A DNA stretch of 64,000 nucleotides from Candidatus Jorgensenbacteria bacterium (GCA_043807585.1 JAZDFV010000001.1:46590-110589); one strand, 5' to 3'; positions 45,331-54,863 are shown, counted from the stretch's first letter. The notes: generated from the letters alone by a model not told the origin. A program made the numbers and translations.

Positions 45331-45681
45331 TTAGGCTGGTTGGGGTTCTTTTTGTGCTGCGACACGTAGGCGTGCAGCTATATCGGGAATTTCTTTCCCT
45401 TCTTGCAAGAGTCGGAGGATCGTTTGGGCATCGTCCCAATCGATTGGCACACCGAGGATTTCCTCAATGTGGTCCTTAGTACGGACGATTTCCCATTCGT
45501 GCGTACCGACGTTCCGTTGGAGTTCCATTCCTTCGCACAGTGCTTCAAGCATTGCGTCCTCCCCGATTTGTTGCACGTTGCAATTCTCGAGGATAGCCTT
45601 TACTTTGCCAGCGGCATCGAGTGACTCATTCGCTCGTTCAGGAAATAGTTCCCGAAACGTTCGGTCAATCATATCAGGCAT
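45331..45681 (-). CDS. hypothetical protein (116 aa)
   Basis: ORF only. Confidence 0.4.
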   Translation of the reverse strand: MPDMIDRTFRELFPERANESLDAAGKVKAILENCNVQQIGEDAMLEALCEGMELQRNVGTHEWEIVRTKDHIEEILGVPIDWDDAQTILRLLQEGKEIPDIAARLRVAAQKEPQPA

Positions 45682-45716
45682 GGCTTACCTCGTATAGTTG
45701 GTGGAAAGGGTCTTAT

Positions 45717-47156
45717 CTACCTCCAGTATAGGTTGAATTTCCTCCCGCGGTCAAACTCGTTTCTGAACTTTTCAAAGCTCGCGGCGCCGGGGGAGAAAAG
45801 GACGAAGGAAGACGTGTCCTGCCTCACCTTTTCCTTCACCGCGCGGATGAGGGAGGGGAGCTCCTCAAAAAGCTGTGGATAAGATTTTCCGAAGTAGCCG
45901 ACCCTCCTGAGCGCCCGCACCATCTTTTTGGTGGCGCTCCCGCCGAGGAGGAAAAGGCGCTCCGGTTTCACGCGGCGCTTCACGGCGCGGGCCCATCCGT
46001 TGAATTCCAGTTTTTTGTCCGTGCCGCCCGCGATGAGGATGAGATTTTTGTTTTTGAAGCGGGCAAGCGCCGCGATGGTCCCGTCAGGCGAGGTGGCGGC
46101 GGTGTCGTTCACCACCGTGAGATGCTTTCGCGTCACAATGAACTCCTGCCGGAAGGGAATTTGCGGGAGCGTGGGGATACGCCTCCGGATTTCTGGCCAC
46201 GGGATTCCCAAGAGATGCGCTGCGAGCATCGCCGCAAGGAGATTCCGAAGGTTGTGGGTGCCCTGTGGTGCGAATGCACGCACTGCACGAGCATTCAAAA
46301 CCTCCGTCTTCAATTTTCGGAAGTCCGACTTCCGAAAATTAGAGAGAACGCGATTGTGGGAGAGGTAGATGCCATCGCGGTTTCCGGGGAGCGGTTTCAG
46401 CGAGAAAAAGTACGTTGCACTCTTCAGTTTCCGCTTGAGGAAGAATGGCGTCCACTCATCCTCGGCGTTCAGGATGAGCGACTGCGTTTTTTTCTGGCGC
46501 GCGAAGATGTTTGCCTTCGCGCGCGCGTAATCGTTCATCCCGCGGTAGCGGTTAAGGTGGTCGGGGTAGAGATTTGTGATTATGGCGATATCGGGGCCGC
46601 GGCGGGCGCGGTCTACCTGCTCAAGCTGCCACGAGGAAAGCTCAACGACCGCGGGAATTTTGGTACTCACCAGCCGGTCGATCACGGAGAGGAGCGGCAT
46701 CTCGGGAGTGTTCCCAGCCGCCACCGCGCTCAGGTGGCGGCCTTTCATGAAGTGAGCGATCCAGTTCGTGGTGGTGGTTTTTCCCCGCGTGCCGGTCACC
46801 GCCACGACGGGATTCCGGACGAGGTCGAGGAATATCTTTGCGTCGTTCGTGATATCATTTCCGGCACGGCGCGCAATTTTCAAAAACTTACTCTCTCGGG
46901 GCACCGCCGGGTTCACTACGATAAGATCGTGCGTTTTAAAATCGCCCGGGCGGTGATGGCCAAGAACGAACTTCACCTTTTTCGCGCTTGTGCCGAGCGC
47001 GCGAATGGAAACCGCGAGCTCGCGCCGTGTACGGAGATCGGTCACGGTGACTTTCGCGCCGTGCTTCACGAACCACTTCGTGGTCGCGACTCCGCCTCCC
47101 AAAACCCCTAGACCCATCACGAGGACTTTTTTGTCTTTGAATTCTCCAGCGCGCAT
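45717..47156 (-). CDS. murD: UDP-N-acetylmuramoylalanine--D-glutamate ligase MurD, with a palindromic insertion
   Basis: KVLVMGLGVLGGGVATTKWFVKHGAKVTVTD N-terminus. GTRGKTT P-loop. Mur ligase middle and C-terminal domains. Confidence 0.9.
   Translation of the reverse strand: MRAGEFKDKKVLVMGLGVLGGGVATTKWFVKHGAKVTVTDLRTRRELAVSIRALGTSAKKVKFVLGHHRPGDFKTHDLIVVNPAVPRESKFLKIARRAGNDITNDAKIFLDLVRNPVVAVTGTRGKTTTTNWIAHFMKGRHLSAVAAGNTPEMPLLSVIDRLVSTKIPAVVELSSWQLEQVDRARRGPDIAIITNLYPDHLNRYRGMNDYARAKANIFARQKKTQSLILNAEDEWTPFFLKRKLKSATYFFSLKPLPGNRDGIYLSHNRVLSNFRKSDFRKLKTEVLNARAVRAFAPQGTHNLRNLLAAMLAAHLLGIPWPEIRRRIPTLPQIPFRQEFIVTRKHLTVVNDTAATSPDGTIAALARFKNKNLILIAGGTDKKLEFNGWARAVKRRVKPERLFLLGGSATKKMVRALRRVGYFGKSYPQLFEELPSLIRAVKEKVRQDTSSFVLFSPGAASFEKFRNEFDRGRKFNLYWR
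46291..46350. repeat. perfect palindrome AATTTTCGGAAGTC-c-GACTTCCGAAAATT (46312-46340) with AT-rich flanks, embedded in murD
   Basis: 14-bp arms. Encodes LSNFRKSDFRKLKTEV in-frame. Confidence 0.75.
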
Positions 47157-47367
47157 GCGGGTATTATACCCGCCTCCGAGAAACTATATATAGTTTGTCA
47201 GAATGCCGCTATTTTATATAGTTTCCCCAACTAAAAAGAGTCATCCGGTTGATATGGGTTTTCGCCGCGGTTTGCTCCGGCATTACGTATGATCGGAGAA
47301 TTCGGTTTCCCCATTCTCCTCAAAAAGCAAAAAAGGCCACGATGGTGTGACCTTTTTGCCTGAATCT

Positions 47368-48297
47368 TTAGATTATGTGCCGGCTTACCTCTTCCCGGCG
47401 CACTTCCTTTTCACACCCCCAAGGGTACTGAGTCTCTCCCACCTTCCCCACCCACAGTATCCCCTTCTGTGGTGCTGAGTTCGATATCACAAACCCCTCG
47501 GGAAGGTTAATCCCGTAGAATACGAAGTCTCCTTCATACTCCACTTCTTCTTCCCATGTTCCCCCCTCCTTACGATACCCATCGCCACTGGGGTTAAAGC
47601 CTCGACCCCCCATCTCCTGCACTTTGTACCGCTTCTTTTCTCGTTTGATTTCATCAAACGAGACTTTCTCCTCTCTCCTCGTGGTCCTTGTGGTTTCCAC
47701 GAGGATGGAATTGGCTTGGGGATCGGCGCTTATAATCTTCCTCTTTACGTCGAGCCCGCCCCCTCCTACGTTGGTTGCTCCGAGGAGGTGCCAGTATACT
47801 TTTACCGCCACTGCCGAGTCGTAGAGCGGGTTGTGCGTCCCGCCCTCGAACTCGCCGACGGACAGTCCGTGCTTCTGCACGTACTTGTCAACTGACGTCG
47901 GGTCCCCACCGGCTTGCTGGAGATTTCCCGCCAGGTCAATGAGGGGGTACGGCCCATCAAAGTCACCAATGAGTCCTTGGTCGTGCATGTCTCGCAAGAG
48001 ACCTGCCTCGACCGGTACACCCATGTGGACGATGACGTCCGCATCGGCCTTGTTCGCCATATAGAACTTGGCGAAATCGGCCAAGAGAGCATCGTAGCTC
48101 TCATAGGTGACTGGGATTGTGGTCATCTGGGGGAGAACGTTCTTCTCTACCCAGTCATTGACCATGCCCTCAATGGGGCAACGGCCAACGAAACGAGCGA
48201 TCTCCATACCCCGCCCGTTGTAAACGAGCGCGCCGATGGCGAACGGCCGACCCCAGAGACCATTGGTCTCTGCGTCAAACGAGAATACCTTTTTCAT
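47368..48297 (-). CDS. DnaQ-like (DEDDh) 3-prime-5-prime exonuclease with a C-terminal extension
   Basis: FSFDAETNGL (Exo I), and HNPLYDSAVAVKVY (Exo III with His). GGAGG RBS. Confidence 0.75.
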   Translation of the reverse strand: MKKVFSFDAETNGLWGRPFAIGALVYNGRGMEIARFVGRCPIEGMVNDWVEKNVLPQMTTIPVTYESYDALLADFAKFYMANKADADVIVHMGVPVEAGLLRDMHDQGLIGDFDGPYPLIDLAGNLQQAGGDPTSVDKYVQKHGLSVGEFEGGTHNPLYDSAVAVKVYWHLLGATNVGGGGLDVKRKIISADPQANSILVETTRTTRREEKVSFDEIKREKKRYKVQEMGGRGFNPSGDGYRKEGGTWEEEVEYEGDFVFYGINLPEGFVISNSAPQKGILWVGKVGETQYPWGCEKEVRREEVSRHII

Positions 48298-48457
48298 ATT
48301 TCCTCCAAGCCCGTATTAGCACACGGCGCCGGTGGCGCAGATAAGCCCGTCGGTTTTCGACGACGCATCACTGCAGCCCAAGGGAGCGACGGAGGTTCGC
48401 TGGTTCCCGAGGATGCTCTTTCGAGCGGGGAAGATAAATTTCAATCTTCTAGCTTGA

Positions 48458-48486
48458 ATTATACACTATAATGTAAGGTTTGTCAA
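48458..48486 (-). promoter_or_regulatory. consensus sigma70 promoter TTGACA-17-TATAAT on the minus strand, about 150 nt upstream of the exonuclease gene
   Basis: Exact consensus hexamers and spacing read on the reverse complement. Part of a 42-bp module repeated at 49300-49343. Confidence 0.65.
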
Positions 48487-48738
48487 ACGCTCAAAAACCC
48501 TTGTTTTACGAAGGTTTTTCAGGGTGTTTCTGGTATTCATACCTAACATCCACGAATAATTTCCGCCCGTGTTTTCTGAAACAACTCTCGTTTTTAATCC
48601 CGCGCCCATTACAAGAACCTTTTTGTTTCTAAAGAAATCCTCCATGGTTCAATTATGGGTGTAAATCCGTTTTCTCTCAAATTTTTGGAAATAAAAATGA
48701 GCCAGTTTAAAGAAAAGACATGGCTCGGGTCTTAGTTT

Positions 48739-49176
48739 TTATTCCTCTTTGACGAGGCTGGAGAGAAAGGTCGACACCTTTCCTGTCGCGCTGTCCCACC
48801 GAATCTGGACAGTGGTTTTTTCGTCAAAAACCCTATCAGGGCTTTTGACCGACAGAACGTGGGGCAGGTCGATCTCTACCCACCTGCTTTCCGTCCACGT
48901 TCCATTCCATCGGAACGTCCCCAACTCCGTCTTACCCTTTTTTATCTGGATGTCTGGGCCCTGCAGATACGACCCTGGCATCCCATTTTCGCGGTGGAAC
49001 GAACAAAACGCGGGAAGTGCCCGAAGCGTAACCTCCGCGAGTGGATTACTTTTTATCCACTCAGCCATCCCGTGATCATTTGCCTCGCTTGATGAGACAA
49101 GGGAAAGAATTATCCCCATTGCCCCTTTCAAGGAGATTACCGCTTCTCCAGCTGCGGTTTCAAAAAGCCGTGTCAT
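48739..49176 (-). CDS. hypothetical protein (145 aa)
   Basis: GGAGG RBS. Driven by the promoter at 49281-49309. Confidence 0.5.
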   Translation of the reverse strand: MTRLFETAAGEAVISLKGAMGIILSLVSSSEANDHGMAEWIKSNPLAEVTLRALPAFCSFHRENGMPGSYLQGPDIQIKKGKTELGTFRWNGTWTESRWVEIDLPHVLSVKSPDRVFDEKTTVQIRWDSATGKVSTFLSSLVKEE

Positions 49177-49280
49177 AAAACCTCCGTAACGAAAATGGTA
49201 GATTCTTCGCCGCTCTTAATGAGCTGGCAATCCCTCTGATGAAGATCAGGGCCAAAAATTCATGTTCAGTTTCTAAGTAT

Positions 49281-49309
49281 ATTATACACCCAATATACGA
49301 GTTTGTCAA
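49281..49309 (-). promoter_or_regulatory. second consensus sigma70 promoter TTGACA-17-TATAAT (minus strand), with the same ~35-bp upstream box as 48458-48486
   Basis: Exact hexamers. The upstream box GAAAAACCTTCGTAAAACAAGGGT(C/T)TTTGAG(T/C)GTTTGACAAAC is shared. Confidence 0.65.
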
Positions 49310-49383
49310 ACACTCAAAGACCCTTGTTTTACGAAGGTTTTTGGCGCTACTTCTTATTCATCTGTTCCACTATAATGTAGCGT

Positions 49384-49911
49384 ATGGAACACATTGATGT
49401 TCTGGATGAATGCGGCGCTCCGACCGGAGCGACGAAACTGCGCGACGAAGTTCACCGCGACGGCGATTGGCACCGCGCCGTGCACGTGTGGGTGGTGAAC
49501 AGCCGCGGAGAGGTGTTGCTCCAGAAACGCTCGGCCACGATAGATCTCTTTCGAAACCTTTGGGATATTTCGCTTGTGGGGCATATGCGGTCGGGTGAGA
49601 AAAGCGCCGATGCGGCGCTGCGGGAACTCAAAGAGGAGCTTGGTATTACCGTGGAAGAGCACGAACTGCAGTTTGTCGCCGCGATACCATCGCAACTCAA
49701 AGACGGGATGCTTCGCGACAATCAGTTCAGCGACATCTATCTCCTCCGCCGCGACGTTGATATTGAAAAACTAGAAAAGCAGAAAGAGGAAGTGGCCGAA
49801 ATCACGTTCATGCCGCTTCAAGAGCTCCAGACGCTGGTACGTAAAAACGCCGGACGTTTCGTTCCCCGCACCAAGGAATACGAGGAAATGTTTCGCCTCC
49901 TCGCGCGATAA
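49384..49911 (+). CDS. NUDIX hydrolase
   Basis: Nudix box GHMRSGEKSADAALRELKEELGI. TATAAT lies 7 nt before the ATG (possible leaderless mRNA). Confidence 0.8.
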   Translation: MEHIDVLDECGAPTGATKLRDEVHRDGDWHRAVHVWVVNSRGEVLLQKRSATIDLFRNLWDISLVGHMRSGEKSADAALRELKEELGITVEEHELQFVAAIPSQLKDGMLRDNQFSDIYLLRRDVDIEKLEKQKEEVAEITFMPLQELQTLVRKNAGRFVPRTKEYEEMFRLLAR

Positions 49912-50034
49912 CCGCCATCGTTGCTGTTCAGTTCATAAACAAAAACAGCCCGGAGGGGCCTTTTTTGTTCTATTTAATTTATATCACTTTCAACGATCGT
50001 TGAAAGTGATATACTTTCCATTCCTCACAATTTC

Positions 50035-51345
50035 TCACTCCGCTCCTGCAGCTTTCTCTTCCGTTTTTTCTTTCTCTGCTTCTGTTTCTTCCGGCGTTTC
50101 CTTAGTTGCCCCGCCCTCGGGGCTCACGGCGATGCCGCCCTCCTGTACCTCCTCGGGGCGGGATTGCGAGCGGACGTCGATCTTCCATCCGGTGAGCTTC
50201 GCGGCGAGTCGGACATTCTGGCCGCCCTTACCGATGGCCAAGGAGAGCTGGTCCTCGGCGACGAGCACCTTCGCCTCGCGCCGCGGCATGATCTCCGTGA
50301 GCTTCGCCTTGGCGGGGGAGAGGGCGTTCCCGATGTACTTCTCCTGCTCCTCGGCCCACTCGATGATGTCAACTTTTTCGTTGCCCAGTTCGTTCGTGAC
50401 CGCCATTACGCGTGTGCCGCGCTGGCCTACCGCGGCCCCAACCGGGTCCACCCCCTCGGCGCGGGAGGCGACCGCCACCTTCGTGCGGCTCCCCGGCTCG
50501 CGGGCAATACCCTTGATCTCCACGGTGCCGTCGGCGATCTCCGGCACCTCCATCTCGAACAGTTTTTTCACGAAGTTCGGGTGGGAGCGGGAGAGGATGA
50601 TGCCGGGGCGGCGCGGGTCGTCCTGCACCGCGAGGACGTAGAAGCGGAGGCGCTCCCCGATTCGGTAGTGCTCGCCGGGAATGCTCTCCATGCCGAACAT
50701 GACTCCCACTGCGCGGCCGATGTCCACGTACACGTTGCCGCGGTCAAAGCGCTGGACGATGCCGCTCACGATGGCGCCTTCCTTGTCTGCAAATTCCTTG
50801 CGGATGGAGGCGCGCTCCGCCTCGCGGATGTTCTGGAGAATGACCTGTTTTGCGGTCTGCGCGGCGATGCGCCCGAAATCCTCGTGGGTCTCAAGCGGGA
50901 ATTCCATCTCTTCGCCGGGGGCGGCGTCGGACTTGAGCTCTAGTGCCTCTTCAAGGAAGATGTGGCGGTCCGGATTGTAGCGGGGGAGCGATTCTTCTTC
51001 CTCACTTACTATAGCCTTAGCGGAGGCGGGTTCATGTTGTTCTGATTTCTCACGTTTCTCGCCCCCATCCAGTTTCTCCACCGCTTCCGCTTCCGGTTCC
51101 ACGATGCGGACCTCGGATGGATCCACCACCGTTTTCACCTGGGAGAACACCATCTCGCCACTTTTCAAATCGAACCTGCACTTCACGATCTCGGAGCGTT
51201 TGCGGTACTCGCGCTTGTACGCCGCGGCGATTGCGGCCTCGATGGCGCCCAAAACCTGCTCGGGTTGTATACCCTTCTCCGCGGCTATCTGTTCCGCCGC
51301 ACCGGCGAGGGCCTTGAGATCTATGTGCATCCTTTTAGTAAACAT
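50035..51345 (-). CDS. nusA: transcription termination/antitermination factor NusA
   Basis: N-terminal domain, S1, two KH domains and an acidic C-terminal tail. Confidence 0.95.
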   Translation of the reverse strand: MFTKRMHIDLKALAGAAEQIAAEKGIQPEQVLGAIEAAIAAAYKREYRKRSEIVKCRFDLKSGEMVFSQVKTVVDPSEVRIVEPEAEAVEKLDGGEKREKSEQHEPASAKAIVSEEEESLPRYNPDRHIFLEEALELKSDAAPGEEMEFPLETHEDFGRIAAQTAKQVILQNIREAERASIRKEFADKEGAIVSGIVQRFDRGNVYVDIGRAVGVMFGMESIPGEHYRIGERLRFYVLAVQDDPRRPGIILSRSHPNFVKKLFEMEVPEIADGTVEIKGIAREPGSRTKVAVASRAEGVDPVGAAVGQRGTRVMAVTNELGNEKVDIIEWAEEQEKYIGNALSPAKAKLTEIMPRREAKVLVAEDQLSLAIGKGGQNVRLAAKLTGWKIDVRSQSRPEEVQEGGIAVSPEGGATKETPEETEAEKEKTEEKAAGAE

Positions 51346-51477
51346 CCGCTCCTCTCTGGAGCGGCTGTCAATGGGGGAAGTATAGCATAATGCGTATGCT
51401 CGTCAATCGCTTCGCCAGTTGATGCATAAAAGAGCAGCCCTCACATCTTTTTTGACGCGAGGGCTTTTTCTCTATTT

Positions 51478-51996
51478 TCAGCGGAGCAGTATTCCATGCT
51501 CCACCAAATATTTCTGGAGGGCTCGCTCGTGCTTTTCGAGCACAAGTCCGGAGTTTAAAAGCCCCACCAGTTGCCGCTCATTGAAGATCGCGGCGTTGTG
51601 GACTCCGGTAATACCGGGGCTGAACCTGAGGCGCTTTAAAAGATCAGAGTCGGACGGTTCGCTGTGAGCGAACACGACAAACTCATGGACATTCGGACCT
51701 TCCACGAGGTCAGTGCTGAAAAGTTCGTCGGACGAAATTTTCAGTGAAACTCCGAGTTCCTCCTCCAACTCCCGGCGTGCCGTCTCGTTCCACAATTCTT
51801 TTTTCTTTTTTTTCCCGCCAGGGATTTTCCAGAAATTTGGTCCCGTATCCCCATCTTGAATGAGGAGAACTTTTACATGGCGTGGGATATTTTCTTCCGC
51901 GGTATCAATGATGGCGAACACCGCAGCGTCCTTGGGGTGAATAGACACCTCTTCCCTAGTTTTCATATCAACCTCCAGAAAAATGAACGATGTCAA
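51478..51996 (-). CDS. NUDIX hydrolase (second copy)
   Basis: Nudix box GGKKKKKELWNETARRELEEELGV. Contains an A8 homopolymer in the coding sequence. Confidence 0.75.
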   Translation of the reverse strand: MTSFIFLEVDMKTREEVSIHPKDAAVFAIIDTAEENIPRHVKVLLIQDGDTGPNFWKIPGGKKKKKELWNETARRELEEELGVSLKISSDELFSTDLVEGPNVHEFVVFAHSEPSDSDLLKRLRFSPGITGVHNAAIFNERQLVGLLNSGLVLEKHERALQKYLVEHGILLR

Positions 51997-52427
51997 TCTA
52001 GCGTTACTGGGTAAAATCCTATCACAAATGTTCTATTCTGTCAAACCCCTGCCTTCGGCAGACAGGCCCACACCCATACATAGGTGTGGGGGTCAGATAA
52101 CAGGCATGGTCAGAGGTTCAGATTCCCGTCCACAGGGAATAGCTTGACTTTTTATTGCCTATATGCTACGATGCAAACAGATTATAAAAGGGGCATTCAG
52201 CCCTCGATGTTGAAAACCAAATATGTGAATAGCGGTGAGATTCACCAGCAACGCAGTGAGAGCAATAAAGCATCAATATTGTTCCTGGTGCGCTGCTGGT
52301 GAGGGAAATAAATGGATCCTTGCCAACCCGTCACATGTCTGCGGCTCGGCAGCGGCTCGGACAGTCGCCTGATAAGAACAGGCGATGACCCAATCGGCCG
52401 ATAAGAACGGCTGAAAGGAGAAACACT

Positions 52428-52982
52428 ATGTCACCTCAAAAATCGCTGAGGATAGCGCGAATAACGCGCATATTGGAAAGGGTGCGGGATTTTGGGCCGG
52501 CTTTCCTCATACTGCCGCTCTTTCTCCTGTTCGCTCTCGATTTAGCATTTCTTGCTTGGAACGCAGGGATTGAAACGGTCATCAGGCCCTCTGGGGCGGC
52601 GACCCTAGACCTGGGCGCTTCGATTATTCGGGCAGTGGCATTTCTCGCGGCAGAGGTATTCATAATACTCAGCTCTCTATATCTTGCAGTTCAATGCAGC
52701 ACGAAACTTCTTCCTGACCCCATCATCAATGTGATTCAGTTCTTGATTCTCTGCAGGTCTTATCCATTGAGTGCTAAGGATCGGATGGGGGTGGCAAGAG
52801 CTGCGGTGTCCGCTCTCGCGGCACGCTTCGTCAGTATGTCGGATGAGAAAGCTGGTATCAGCAAGCGCGATGATCCAGAACTTAGTGCCGCCTGCGAATT
52901 GCTTTGGCGGGCCGTGAAATATGCCAAGGAAAATGGGTGCCCGATTCAGGGGGAGAGTGCGAGAGATTTTGTCATCTCGTAG
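52428..52982 (+). CDS. membrane protein, hypothetical
   Basis: AAAGGAG RBS. Two or three TMs. Confidence 0.45.
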   Translation: MSPQKSLRIARITRILERVRDFGPAFLILPLFLLFALDLAFLAWNAGIETVIRPSGAATLDLGASIIRAVAFLAAEVFIILSSLYLAVQCSTKLLPDPIINVIQFLILCRSYPLSAKDRMGVARAAVSALAARFVSMSDEKAGISKRDDPELSAACELLWRAVKYAKENGCPIQGESARDFVIS

Positions 52983-53034
52983 TAGAATCAGTTAGAGCGC
53001 CCGGCAGAAATTCATTCTGCTGGGCGTGTTGTTT

Positions 53035-54129
53035 TTACAAATTCAGATTCCCGTTCGCAACTAAGGGAAGTTTTTCCTTGCGGAGGTAGGCGATGTAGCC
53101 GGCGGCACCGATGATGGCGGCATTGTCGGTGTTCAGGTTCATAGGGGGAGCGAAGAAATCGACAGACAACTTACGACTAACGACTAACAACTCTTCGCGG
53201 AGCGCGGAGTTTGCCGCGACGCCGCCCGAGAGCATGATGGACCTGGCTTTATATTCCCGCGCCGCGCGTTCCGTTTTCGCAGCGAGGACGTCAATTGCGG
53301 CTTGCTGGAAACTTGCGGCGATATTCGCTGCGAACGCGGATTTATGCGGATTTTTTACTGATTTATGCGGACATTTATTGTCGCGGAGGTAGTAGAGTAC
53401 CGAGGTTTTGAGTCCGGAAAAGCTGAAATCATAGTTCTTCGAGTGGAGCATCGGGCGGGGGAATGGGATGGCGGCGGGATTGCCCTGCGCGGCGAGCTTC
53501 TCGATCTCTGGGCCACCTGGGTAGGGGAGCTCGAGGAGCCGTGCCACTTTGTCGAACGCCTCGCCCACCGCGTCGTCGCGGGTCTCGCCGAGTTTTTTCA
53601 TTTTAGTAAGCGAATCCATCTTGAGCAGGATGGTGTGTCCCCCGGAAACGATGAGGGCTACTGCTGGAAAAAGTTTAGAAATTAGAAATTTGGAATTAGA
53701 AATTCCAGTTTTCTCCGAAAGGAGAAAACTGTACAGGTGTCCCTCCAGGTGGTTCACGCCGATGAGTTTCAGCTTTGAGCTTCTAGGTTTTAGCCTTAAG
53801 CAAATCTCTTGGGCAAAATTCACGCCTGTCCAGAGCGCGGGTTCCAGGCCTGGGCCAACGGTAACGGCGATGAGGTCAGGGATAAATTTCGAATTTCGGA
53901 TTTCGGATTTCGAATTTGCAAAAACCTTCCGATAAAGTATCGGAAGGTTTTTGAGGTGCTCCCGCTTCGCGAGGTTTGGCACCACGCCGCCGAACGGGCG
54001 ATGGATTGCAATCTGCGAGGAGACGAGGTTTTCGAGAATTTTAAACCGCGGGGCGCGGAGACCCCCCTGCGCCTCAAGGAGTGCAATCGCGGTTTCGTCA
54101 CACGATGTTTCTATCGCGAGAACGCGCAT
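53035..54129 (-). CDS. tsaD: tRNA N6-adenosine threonylcarbamoyltransferase TsaD (Kae1/YgjD), with two repeat-encoded loop expansions
   Basis: MRVLAIETSCDETAIALL, GVNHLEGHL, VSGGHT and DNAAMIG-like motifs. The ORF 5-prime extension is rejected. Confidence 0.9.
   Translation of the reverse strand: MRVLAIETSCDETAIALLEAQGGLRAPRFKILENLVSSQIAIHRPFGGVVPNLAKREHLKNLPILYRKVFANSKSEIRNSKFIPDLIAVTVGPGLEPALWTGVNFAQEICLRLKPRSSKLKLIGVNHLEGHLYSFLLSEKTGISNSKFLISKLFPAVALIVSGGHTILLKMDSLTKMKKLGETRDDAVGEAFDKVARLLELPYPGGPEIEKLAAQGNPAAIPFPRPMLHSKNYDFSFSGLKTSVLYYLRDNKCPHKSVKNPHKSAFAANIAASFQQAAIDVLAAKTERAAREYKARSIMLSGGVAANSALREELLVVSRKLSVDFFAPPMNLNTDNAAIIGAAGYIAYLRKEKLPLVANGNLNL
53672..53735. repeat. AT-rich tract (TTAGAAATT units) plus the perfect palindrome CAGTTTTCTCC-gaaa-GGAGAAAACTG (53706-53731), embedded in tsaD
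   Basis: Encodes LSEKTGISNSKFLISKLF. About 10 aa longer than E. coli TsaD at this loop. Confidence 0.8.
53884..53953. repeat. heptamer repeats (GAATTTC / GGATTTC) plus the perfect palindrome AAAACCTTCCGATA-aag-TATCGGAAGGTTTT (53921-53951), embedded in tsaD
   Basis: Encodes YRKVFANSKSEIRNSKFIPD. Confidence 0.8.
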
Positions 54130-54248
54130 ATGTTTTGGTTTATTGTACTGGTACGGCCGTGATTTGACAAAGGTGTCTTGTTGTGATAGAAAAGATACAG
54201 CGTACAAATCACGTTTTTGTTCAATTAACAATCTGGAAAGGGATGCAT

Positions 54249-54731
54249 ATGAAAACGTCACGAGTGATTCGTTTTTTTGCCTCCGTGGCATTCGGGGTCA
54301 TCTGTGTGTTGTTGTTTTGGAACGCGGGACCGACCATGCTTCTCATTGGGTTCCTCGCTCTACTCGCCTTTATCATTGGGGCATTGCTTCTTTTGGAGGG
54401 GGCGAGTTCAAATCAACAGCGCAATGTTTTGAAGGTTGGATTGCTTCTTCTCATGACCGCAATCGGGGTAATTATCGGCTGGACGAATATCGGATTCGTC
54501 TTCGTTTACGGCATCGGGTGCATCGGTACTGGGTTTTTGTTTCTTGTGCTTGCGCTTCGGTTCTATCCGCGTCGGGAGACGGCAGAACGCTTTCTCGAGG
54601 GCACTCTGCGTGCCATTCTTTATCTTTTGGTACTCCTTTTAGGACGCGGGAGAAATGAGCCGACGGAGGAAAAGGTCAGGAATCTTGCATCCCATATCAG
54701 AATGCGTCTCCGCGAAAATCTGTTCACATGA
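54249..54731 (+). CDS. membrane protein (4 TM), hypothetical
   Basis: ORF trimmed to MKTSRV. Confidence 0.5.
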   Translation: MKTSRVIRFFASVAFGVICVLLFWNAGPTMLLIGFLALLAFIIGALLLLEGASSNQQRNVLKVGLLLLMTAIGVIIGWTNIGFVFVYGIGCIGTGFLFLVLALRFYPRRETAERFLEGTLRAILYLLVLLLGRGRNEPTEEKVRNLASHIRMRLRENLFT

Positions 54732-54863
54732 GACGAACCATAGTGTGCCCGCTCCTCTCCAGGGAACGGGCACTTTGTATTTTTCCACCGCATTTGACAG
54801 CGCGTCTGCTTCCCCGTACCTTTATTCGCAGAACGTTTGTTCCACATTCGGAGAGGAGGAGCC

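Noticed and set aside
48298-48460. Specific riboswitch class for the long GC-rich leader of the exonuclease gene
   Set aside because: No match by eye to the TPP, FMN, SAM, cobalamin, glycine, ZTP or c-di-GMP consensus cores. Recorded only as a structured leader.
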